From Phoronis australis (Eukaryota; Animalia; Phoronida): DNA of 64,000 nucleotides. The stretch lies in assembly GCA_002633005.1 (NCBI GenBank), contig NMRA01000121.1:280847-344846 (forward strand). Reading direction: 5' to 3'. The notes under the pieces were generated by a model. That model was not told the origin of the DNA and did no database searches. It saw only the letters and a program-made list of their open reading frames with translations. Numbering within the stretch: position 1 is the stretch's first letter; each line of letters starts with the position of its first letter. The translations under genes were made by a program, and so were the position numbers. Shown here piece by piece: positions 15,401 to 27,400 of this stretch.

Positions 15401-18400
15401 TCACCCATCTGATTACCACTAAAGGAGAAAACTGAAACTGACAAGTATAGCACAAGCCGAAAGTATTCAGGCAAAATGACCCGAATTTCCCATCACGACA
15501 ATAAGGCAGAAGTCAAATTCGTTATCAGAGCAGTCTTTGGTCAAAACTGAGAATGAAGGGAATTAAAAAAAAAAAACAGTGCAGGTAGTCTGATGTCATC
15601 AGACGTGTGCAGGCCTCATGGTTGGGCCCATTGCACAAAACACCTGAGCAAAAGCACGAGAGCCCAATTATGGCTCCTCCTGAAGAAAGTTTCAAGTCTG
15701 CCAGTGTCCTTCAGGAAAACGGACAGATGTTTCCATTTGTTGCCATGCACTATGTGTTGTAGGCATGTAACAGTGCCATCCAGTAGGTTGCTCCTTAGCC
15801 TATAAAAAGCTGGGCAAGACTCTACCAGGTGTTTAGGAGATTCTACGTCAGTACCACACTCGGGACACACAGGGCTCCCCATATGCCCAGTAATGTGTCT
15901 GTGTCGGGCTAGGTTGCAGTGGCCCGTCAAAATTTGAATGACGTGTCTTATACCCAATCTATCTAGACTCAGAAGGCTTTTTGAACCTTCTGGTTCGATC
16001 ACGTTGGGAAAATTCTCCTTGGGAATTAGATGCCTAAGCCACTCTGTGATTAGAATTTTGTCACCCTAATAGATATTACCATAATTTTTGCTGTTGCCAG
16101 AATTAGCGGTCACGAAGCGAAACAGAGCATGATTTACTTTAGTGTTATACTGTATAGTCTTACAATCTCTAACACATACATTCAGTGTCATTTTACATAA
16201 AATCTCTAACACATGTATTCCGTGTCATTTTACATGCAGTCTATGGAAACTCATTACTTAGAAAACGCTTCGATCTTTGTTTCCTGCCTTCATTAAACAG
16301 CCGCGTGCACTTGAAACGTTAGCTTGTCACAATTCAGAAGTCCCAAGTTGTTTCGTCTACAAAAACTAACTGCTAACAATTGCTACTAACTCAAGTTCAT
16401 AGAATGTTAAAGGGACACATCGCTGCTGCTTATCTGTCAATATTGAGTTCTTCAACAAATGCTCATATGATCTTGAATTGTTGCTATATGAGCCGGTAAT
16501 TCAAGTCACAGGCAACGCGTATATATATATCCCTTTCAAATTTACAATTTAAGGGATGGCCAACCTCTACAACCTCTGAAGCTTTTCTTGAGACACTGAA
16601 TATTTTGATGTTCTTGTTGGTAATGGAAATAGAATCCTATCATGGTAAGGAATATTAAGAAACAAGTTTTATGAGAACAAAAGGCTCAACTCACTTTTCC
16701 TTTTTTAATCAGCTTAACAGAGCGAAATGCAGTTTTAATCAAAACAAGATGTGCCCACTGACTGGAAGATGATTCACAATGTATGGCTTTCAAGTCAGTT
16801 TTGGTTTCACACAGGCTAGCTAGAAACAGTTAATGAGTTTACATACTGCTAACTTCAACAAGGTGAAACGTTGATCTGTAAATGCAAACAGTCATTCCAA
16901 GCTCATTTGAAACAAGGACGACTCACACAGACAGTGTCTACTGTATCCTATATCGGAAATAGCTGAGAATCAAAGAAACAAATATCTTAAGCATATGCTC
17001 CATTTTTGAGACATTACAAAACTGTGAAGACCACTTGTATTACCTGACATCAAAATGAGTTAGGGTAGAGTTACTCCCTAAAGCACCAATAACAATGTGT
17101 GACTCCAACCTGAGCTTGGAATCGGCCAGTGACAGAGACTGCAGTTGCTGGAATGAGATTTTTATAATTATTAGTAGACAGAAACGTTCAGTGGCAACGA
17201 CAGACTATCATTCCAGGCAAAGCTAGAAAACAATACTAGTCAGAGTAAAAGCAGATTTTGCATTCAAATTGGGCTGCACTTCAACTACAATCTTGTGGTA
17301 CGTTGGAGCTATGAGAACAGGCTGAATGGAATGTAGAGAGTTCAGTCAGAAAACTCTAGACCTGTCAACAACTAATAGTTGTGGTAATTCTCCACAAAAT
17401 TTGCACAAAATAATTAAAGAAAGTGTATTTCCCCAATAGTTGAGGTGTGCCAAATAAACAGAATATACTGACTTCGTAGATGACAGGTGTGCGAAATAAA
17501 CTGAGTAACCAATTATTGCCAACTGCACCAGAGAGCGAATTTAATGAAATGCAGCCCACGGGAAGCCAATGTGATCCAATTAGCAGTAATTAAAATAAAG
17601 TTACTTTATCCAGTTTTAACATAAAAGCAGCTAATCCTGTCATTGGTGAAACACTTCTTAGCTACTCCTGACTCTCACAATAGTCTTCTAAATCACCCCT
17701 TGACCTCACGTTTACACCAGCATGGATATCTTTTGAAAATGGATGAACTACCCCCCCAGAAACTAGGTAGCAAGCTTGTGGCATAGATATGATAGATGGG
17801 CGTATCTGTTATTCGATTTGTTTTTCTTTCATATAATAAAGATAATGGCAAGCATTCATCGGTAACCGGCTGATGTGCGACCAAGGTATGATATCCGTGC
17901 GATCTGTATTGTTATGTCCAACAAAGAAGTAAGAAAGGAAAACAATCAACGTGTCCCATAGGTGATAACCATGGGCCGCGCTTACGCCAATCGCGTTGCT
18001 CTCGCAAATTAAACAATACCTTACGACCTCCATACGACGTCATTTGGCATGGGTAGCCCTAATTGGCATGCAAAACCTCACGTTTCATTCGACAAACGTT
18101 TTTCCTGCTAGACATTGCATTCTCATATGGGACATTTGAATGCCCCATGCTGGGCTTTTTTCAAGTACGCCATGCCACAATATGAATACCACATCGCGCA
18201 ATAGGGTATATTTGTGACATGTTTACAGAAAGCTAGTTTATAGCCGCTTCAAGGCAGGTGGTTACTATACAGTACATAAAGGCAGTTAAACGAGAGAGTC
18301 AAAACAGTCTAAAATGACTTACGCAGTCTTCATCCTGCATCATGTCTACTATAGCATCAAGGACCTGAGCTAAAGACCTACAAAGTGAACAAAATTTTTT

Positions 18401-21400
18401 AAAATTAGGACAGGTACCTTTTCAAACAGGTATCTTTACCAACGATCAATGCAATTCTCTTGCCATTACAAGTTATGAATTTTTACAAAAACTAGCCAGA
18501 AAACAGTAAAAATGGCCATCAGATGGCACAAAATATGTCGAAACCATTCAAAAATGAGAACATGTCATTGTTTCATTAATAGAAAGCTATTCACCAAGTT
18601 TCATAAAGATCCGTCCAGAAATTTCAGAGAAAGAGTAAAAATGAAATCGCCACAAAGGGTTACAACATTTGTCGGATCCATCCATCGATGTCGTCGTCAA
18701 CTTCATAAAAATACACTAGCTAAATGCAATGAAGATCCTGCAGAGGTTTTGGGAGATATAGCCATGGGCGCAAAAAAACTCCAAAGTCGTTGGAAAATCA
18801 TCCTCAGCCGTCATCTTCACAGTAGGAACATATATGCCAATTTTCACAACTATCCTTTGAGTGATTTGGTTGATAGAGGGGCGAATGCCAAAAACAGACT
18901 TGAAAACTGTAAAAATGGCCACTAGGAGGTGCAAAATATCTAGAATCCATCCAAAAATTGAAGCATAGCATCATCTCATTAATAGATGCCTATCTGCCAA
19001 ATTTTATGAAAATCCGTTGTCATATGACCTTTTCGGAGGTAAAATATGTAAAAAAATAAAATTGCCACCACGGGGCACACTGGTAGCCGGGTCCGTCCAA
19101 AACTTTGCTCATGGCATCCCATCCATGAAAAGAATAAATTTCATGAACACACATCAAAGAGTTTTGGAGATAGAGCAGTGGAGGCTGGCCAGACGGACAG
19201 GAATGACACCATAATGCGCCCACATATTTATATAAAAATTTGTCTGATGGTAGCTGAGGTACAAATATTGAGCAAAGTTATTGCTTAAAGTGCTTCACGG
19301 AAAAAAAATTAAAATTCACTAGTCAGCCATATTGTGTCCTGGATTGATGAGATTTTACCGTACTTAAAATTTATCAGAGTAAGAATGTGGACTTTGAACT
19401 TACTTTGATTTCAGACCACCGAAGTTCTTGCCGATGAACAAGTGCCTCAAACTTTTGTTTTTGCATACCCAGGGTAAGATATTCTTTAAACCAGCATCAA
19501 AGCCTACAATACATCAACACTGACAATCTATACAGCAATATAAACACTGTTAGCAAAAAAGGTTAACACTGTAGGAAAAAAGAAATACTGTTTAGTTAAC
19601 AATTTGAACGCAATATTCATTAACGTCACATTTTCATCAAACCTTGGATGAGAAATTTATTTCAAATTAAAATTTATTGGCTACTAAACATTTTTTGCCT
19701 ACTTTGAAGACACAAGAGTACAAAACAAAAGTAATGAGACAAAAAGACCGAGAATTCCCACTTCATGACAGTTGGGCACAAGCCCAATTCACCGTCAGAA
19801 GTCTTCCCTCATGATCAAGAATGAAACAAATTATCTTGAAAGTCAGTTAGGTGCTTAAGCAATTCTGTAATTAGAATTCCTTCACCATAATAGTTGTTAC
19901 CAGTCCTTTTTGCTGTTAACAGAATTAGCCGTCGTGACGGGAAAACGGCTTTTCGACTGTCACTTTTGTCGATTTGTGCTTTATTTTCAGCACAATACAA
20001 TAGTAACCATAGTAACTTAAAAATGCGCACAGATATACATATTTAATCACACATTTAGTGGTAAAACCAAATCTTCATTATACCAATTGCATGTTGGCTT
20101 AGTTCTTTTGGTACAAGCACATTTAAGGGGAAAACCACCTTCTTGCTTAGAAAAATGAAATACAGAAAGAAGGCTGTTGTAAAATGTATGCCTGACTCAG
20201 GCAACCTTCACATGAGCAAGACAAACACAATTTTGGATTTAAGACAACCAGTGAGTTGTACTTGTACAAAACCACCAAAACATTACGTTCTCTCTTCACG
20301 TTGACACACATACTGTCGTACCATTATCACTGATGTCAAGACTTGACAGATGTTGAATGTCCGCAATACAGCCACCTAACACTTGAGCACCTGTTGTCTT
20401 TAGTTCATTATTGCTGAGGTTAAGGGTCAACTCCTGCAGCTGTTTGTTGACAGAGATGCCTAGCAACAATTGCCTATAAACAGATGGATGAGACAGACTT
20501 ACATCATGATAATAACTCGACCATACCGACAAATTCAGTCCAGTTGATCTTGAAACATTTTATGTGTAGCGCTGTCGTATCCTGTTTGAGAAGAGTTCAA
20601 AACATTGTGTTCCACTTACAGGGAAATATCTTAAATTAACTCAACACTGACAAGACAAAGTCAATGTTACTTTCGGGAGATAATATTAAATGATGTAATT
20701 TTTCAGTATTTTGTACAAAAATAATCGCCAATTGGATAAAATTGTTACACCTTTCATTTTCAAAAGCCCAAATATCAAGACGTCACAAACTTTTCCACTG
20801 TCGCTGTATAACTGCAGTACAGTACAAGACTTAGTCAAATTCTGTTTTCAAAACAGTGAGCATAAGACACCAGCTCGTTTCGCCTACTATAATACCACGA
20901 CCAAAACAAAAGAATTAATAGGCTCTCCTTCATGTACCTGTTTGTCGAGACACTTGTCTGACAAAAGAAAAGTAAACTTTCCGACATATTATATGCTAAA
21001 TAGTTGAAGAATTACAAATAAAAGACACTACACATAACAAAATCATTACGTGAACATCCATTACTGAGCAGTCACTTACTTGACAGCTTCATCAGGGAGC
21101 CTGTTGCCGGCCAAGTTTACGTGCTTCAGTGACAACGCTGAGGAGAAAAACTGCTTCCATGCCTGTGGTACGTCACTGTTCTTCTTGAGAGTGAATGTAT
21201 TGTTGGAAAGGTCAAGGTCGCGTAGGTGGGATGTACAACCACGCGAGATGGGCGCAATGATAGTGTCGAGAGCGAGGCCTGACGACGATAACTTCAGATG
21301 AGTCAGGGCGTTTGGCTGCGCCAGGAAGTTGTACAGCGTCTGAAATGAAGGCAGGAGTGGATACCTAGCACACTTGTCAATCGACAAGATTAATAGTATA

Positions 21401-24400
21401 ATACCGTGAGACCGCATACATGTAACTTTCTGACTTTTAAACAATAGGTTTCAGTTGTAATGCTGCAGTTGATGGCGCTGTCAGTCACTTATGACAGGAC
21501 ATGTGCATGATGGCGTACGGCTCAACAACAGTGAAAAGAGTGGTTGATGATGCTGTTAATCGCCTATGACAGGTCATGTGGGATTAGAGGAGGCAGTGTG
21601 GCCTGGTTGATAAGTGCCCGCTTTCTGAACTCGAGGTCGTGGGTTCAAGTCCCACCAAGTCACACTGCTAAACCCTTGAGCCAGGTTTCTAGCTCCTCAG
21701 CACGGTTTTAACCATATATTAATAAAGCATAAAAATATTTCCAGGTGATCAGTGCAATGGGCCCACATGCGAGGCCTGCGCACGTCTGGTACAACGTGTA
21801 TCAGACCGCCTGCAATTATTTTATTATCATGTGGGATCTTTCTTAACGGTGATCTCTTCAACAACTCTCTCAGTGAAGGGTGGTAAGAAATATTGAAAAG
21901 GTCTCCCAGACGAGATTCCTGCAGAATGGCGACAAAAATATTTCAATTAAATGTCAGCAAAACTTTGGAGCAATTTTTTTTTTGTAGAGGTGTGGACCCA
22001 AGTGTGCGAAGTGTCTGGTGGTGAAATGTGTCATGTGGATTGCTTTTCAATACTAATGTTCCATATCAAGGCCCTGTCATATCAGCTCTGAGGGATCTCG
22101 AAGACACTAAAGAAAAGTGGAAATTTACTATTAAAGCGTATTGCAAACTGAGTAAGAACCACTCTCATGGGGTTACCACACACAAGGCAATATTTGCCAG
22201 ATTGCTATTCTTACCAGTCCGAGCCCATTTCATTAAGAAGTTAAGATGGGATGAGACATTTTGAAAATGAGTCCGCGTGACAGGACCATCAACAACCAGC
22301 AACTTCAACTACATAGTTACATAAATTGACCTGTCCTAAGCTCAATTTCTTTTTTAAAGCTTCATAAATCTAAATATCATGCTCGAACAACTTCAAAATG
22401 AGCTTTCTCTAACTCTACAGGCAAAGTGTATACTAGACTTTTTCATCAAAAAGTAATTGAACTGTTTATTTTTCCGTGACAACAGCTTGAACAAGGCTTT
22501 GAGTTCAATAATCCAGTGCCCCTCCCTGTGCCGATCCAATCTCTCAATTTTGGAGAGAAGTTCAGTTGAACGCCAGCTTAGGGCAAATGAATAACAAAAA
22601 ATGTACCCCAGTCTGCTACGAAACAAAATATAAGTCGAAATAATTGAAAAATAGTAAACCAACAATTTCCATGGACTATCACTAGACTAGTAGTGCTGAG
22701 ATCCAGCAGGTGGCGAAGCAAAGGCAGCCAGACAAGTGAAACTCCAGAGTAAAAAATCAAATAGGCCTACATTATAGCCACCAAACTGAAAAGTTTGTAT
22801 TTTGGAACAAATATATTTGTGTTTAACCTTTGAGTAATCAAGCAGCATTGATTACCTAAGCTGCTCGTGTGTCCGTTCGCACAGTTTGATAGCTTAAACC
22901 TTTCAACATCACTTTTCGGCTTAGAAGATGCCCAAAAATTGACGGGATAGTTTTCACGAGCTGCATAACGGATGTCGGAATTACACACGTCATATCAACA
23001 CCGTTTCACCATAGACTAAAGTAAGTTTTACACAACGTATTATTTGTCAGGTAAAATTGTGGCTTGGAACGCAGACGAAGGTGTCTCAACAATGCTGCGT
23101 ACTTATTGGTCGTTAAACCGTCAGTCGTAATCCTGGCGATAGGTCAATTGCTGATCCTTTCAGACCCGTCTAACACTCACAAATGAACTTACATCAAGAA
23201 AGTTACAGAATGCTAAGACTACATTTAAGTTACACTATCATTCATACCGTAGGCTCCTCCCCCTTGGCTAAGCTGTTGTCTGATAGGTCCAGGAACTGCA
23301 ATGTGGTGGCCATGAATTTGTTCTGACTCATGGCATCACAAAGTTTGTTCACACCCTTGCCCATCACGCCTGTCTTGGACAAGTTTAGATGTGACAAACC
23401 TTTGGACAGGTGACTTACTGGGCCAGATAGGTGGACAAGACCTGTGAAAAGAAATGTTATGTACTTATAAATTAAAAAAAATGGATGACATTCATCAAAA
23501 TTTCTCTTGAACTTGCTCATTCGTGGCAAAATTGTGAAATTCGAAGAAAATTGATTTAAATAACTAAAAAAAATAGCCAATCTTTTATGGAAACTTTGGC
23601 ATCAACATGAAGAAGTCCTGATGACAAAATCTGTGGTAACAGTAACTACACTTCACTTCCAAGTGTTCACATTACCAGGTTATCAGCTTATTTAAGACAA
23701 TTCTGTAGTGAGTCTACCTTAGCTTAGCTTAGCTCATATTTGTCATATCTTAACTTATAACCGATACTCATTATCACTGAAGAGTTTGAGCAAATAATAG
23801 TAACCGAATTTGCTCTCCAACTTAAATGCAGCGGCCATTTTGTACAAACAACATTAGTTTGAAAGAAGCAACATAGGCATGGATCTTAAAGCATATCAAT
23901 GTCTAAAAGTAATCTCTTTTAAAAATTTCATTTCTAAAAATTTTTCAAAGCTTTAAAGCCGATACTGACAGAAGCCAAATTATCCACAATTAATGTTGCA
24001 AGTATTTACAACTGGTAGGACATCTATTGGCCAGTTTGCTGACTAAGTCACTACACTGCTACATGTACAGTCGTGGCAGGTGTTGCCACTCTAAAGATAA
24101 ATTTACAAGAAAGTGGCTTGTGACGAGACTCTTGCAAGGTGTAGCAACCAGATCAACAACATAATACACAACGTACCTCTGTCCTCTAGAGAGTTCTTGG
24201 ACAAGTCTAATATAATCAGTGGTGACAGGGTATTAGAAAGCAATGCAGTGCTCAGTTTTTCAGCGAAGTCCCTAAAAGACACGATTGATGTTCTTACACT
24301 TAAAAAATATATCACATATTAGCTTTTTACCAAGTCATACCTTTAGCCAAAATTTAAGTTTATTACCTCAGGCCATTATACACTAGCAGGTGCAAAAAAA

Positions 24401-27400
24401 CAAACTGAAATAAACAAATATGGTAAGCACAACACGGTCAGTGTAGTAGATTAACACTTTGTGAAATTTAAACTCAAGAACAATATTTTAAATTACAAAA
24501 TTGTATGCACCTAGCAAAGGAACATAATAAACAATAACAAAACGAAAAGAATAAACAGCAGTGCTGTTAAAGGTCAACATTTGAATGACAGTAATTATGA
24601 ATCGAGGACATCTTATGTGTTATTATCCAACCTCTGCTGCCCAGACCTACCCCACTCACATCCTTACCTGCCTAGTCCTACTCCACTCACATCCTTACCT
24701 GCCCAGTCCTACTCTACTCATATCCTTACCTGCCTAGTCCTACTCCACTCAAATGCAACTCTTCTATACTGGAACCTCTCATCATCACAGTCAGGATCTT
24801 GGAAGCCAAGTCGGAATTCTAGTGCACACCGAAAACAAATGTTTAAAAATTGAAAAAGTTTGATAGTTAGTAAGAATGGTGATGATAAAAATCTTTCAAG
24901 GTTCAAATGGAAGTCTAACAATGACCAAAACAATACACGTAAAATGTGACATGGCACAAACGAATGAATATACTATGGCTTATTTCTTGTTGGTTGCATT
25001 TCAGGTGTAAACTGCAAGGCATTACTTAACTGTGAATTGATGACGTTTACCTCAACAAGTAAGTTCAGAGCAGCTAAATGTCATACCCGAAGACAGAATA
25101 TCACGATTATTGACATGAAATGTCAAAAATATGAATCCTTTGCGATCAAACACATGCAAAATATCACGCACGTTATGATTTATTCTCATATTCCAAGATA
25201 TTGTCATTAAAAATCAGCAAAATCTATCCTCTGCTTATTAGCATAATGTATCTGGTGTTCTACCTAAAAACCAACGTAATTCATCTTCAATTCATTTGCC
25301 TTATCGAAACTCTTAGGGTAAAAAATTAGTCATTTTCTGTTTAGCTGATCTTTTCACAACCAAATATTCTCAGTTATTTGTTGAAATATGATAGACATGT
25401 CCCACGTTTTCAGATAAATTAGATAATTTTCAAACTAAGTTAGAAATAACAGAATTTTTTGGTGAGAGTTATGGATTATGGTCTCCTTAGAACTAACAAT
25501 TACCAGTTTTGTGCCATTAGCCCTGAAGCTGGTGAACCATTGGTTGAATTCCAGCGCAGCTATGATGGGCACTAGGTCTCTGAAATAATAAAAGGACAGT
25601 ATCAATGATACACGTCACTACATTTTAGAAATTAGTTGTTGTCTTTATTCAAACTTTCCTTTAATAGATACCTATTTGCCAAGTTTTATGAAAATCTGTT
25701 GAGGACATTTGAAGATGCAGACTGTGGTAACAACATAAAAAACTAAAACTGCCACAAGTGGGCAAACCAGTAGTCAGATTCATCCGAAAGTTCGCTCATG
25801 CCATCCAATCCATGAAAGGAACAAACGCGCAAAATTTCATGAACATACGTCAACGAGTTTTGGAGATAGAGCAGCCGACACTGGATGCCGGACGGATGGA
25901 AGGATGGGCATGACAGAACAATGCACACACATAAAAAGCAAAGGATGATACATTGTAAAAGAGAAAAGTTCAGAAAAATAAGTTGACCCTATTTATTGGT
26001 AACTAAGCCAACTACTTACTTGTTGTCTAAATGGTCAAAGTCTCCAAGGCAGAGCTCTCTACTGTCATGAGACAGATAAATAGTGTCAATGTCCTGAAAG
26101 GCAAACATCAGTGACGACCTATTACAAACATATCCGTAGTAAGCTTTGCAATAAACAGTGTTATCACACAACACCTTTAGTCCAAGGTGCTTTGAGGTTC
26201 TCCTACTAAAAGAACATTGACCTGAAAATTACTAGCTCAAAAACTGTTATTGTCTTCTGAACCCAATAACAATAAAGAAATGCATGGTTATAAGTCACAT
26301 TACTAAGTTTCACAGACATTTCCATGGCTAGCACAATGTTTGTGCAATGAATTGTGGGAATTGTTAGCCCAATTGCAACTGACTATCATCAGGAAGAGAT
26401 AACCAGGAAGGGACAACTAGCTAAACCGCCGTTTTTGGCCTCCTTCCCCGGACTACTTTTAGGACTTAAGTTTCGTTTAAAAGGAAACAGATGATTTCAT
26501 CAGAGAGATTAAAGCTTTTTCTATAGAAGGATATCAAAAAAACTCACTTTGCAACCTTAAACAGTGGTGTAATTGTACTTTGAAAATATCGACTTCAGCG
26601 CACGCAATCGCAATTTCCCACACGCAGTCACGGGTATTTAAGCTTTTCCGTCGATGTATAGATGGCGCAGTAGTCAAGTACTCCCTCATTTGCATATCAA
26701 ATTTGCATGTGGGAGTTCTGAGACTCTCGTCAGTTGTTGGTCGAGCGCTTGAGTGGATAAAGCGGTGACCTCCCACTGAGAGCACGCGCTGATGAAGATA
26801 CCACTCGATCGCTTCGCAATCAGGAGGTGAAAACACTCTCATGACCGCAGTTCTGAATTCCAGCTAAGCAAGCCCTATTTCGAGGAGCGGACTTTGAATT
26901 GTTTTCGTCCCCTGACAGTGGATTGCAGAGATTAGAATGAGGTCAACATCAAACTTTCTGCGGCTACATGTCGTGTTGACAAAAGTTTGAAGTGTCAGAA
27001 CCATAGACGGAGCGTGCGGGATGTCTATGATTCCTGTTCTTCAGTTGACGAAAACATTGCTATTGGCATAAAGAATGGCCTTGGGAAATTAATTTTGAGG
27101 TGGACACCTGTATCCAAGAATAAATATTAATACTCTGTAATATCTCATCCTCCGCGTTTTGTTTCTTTGACGCTGTTTGAGGTTGCGGTATCGTGAAACA
27201 ACACTGTCGGGTGAGAGAAGTTGCACCGAATAATTGGAATTGGCTGCAGTTCTTCCTTTAGAATGCCCGGACTCAACTGTGTCGTTTTCTTGGCAAGTCT
27301 CTTGCCTGCCGAAATTTTTCTGAGCATTGAAGACATCGGCCTTCTCTTGCGCCAATCAACCTTTTATCTGCTCAGGCTACAAAAATGTTATGCCTAATTT

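Noticed and set aside
18512-18925. 137-aa plus-strand ORF
   Set aside because: Falls within the HINE-like dispersed repeat cores.
21588-21660. tRNA gene
   Set aside because: Has A/B boxes but no intact cloverleaf; it continues into a LINE-like tail and is flanked by a TSD, so it is a SINE head.
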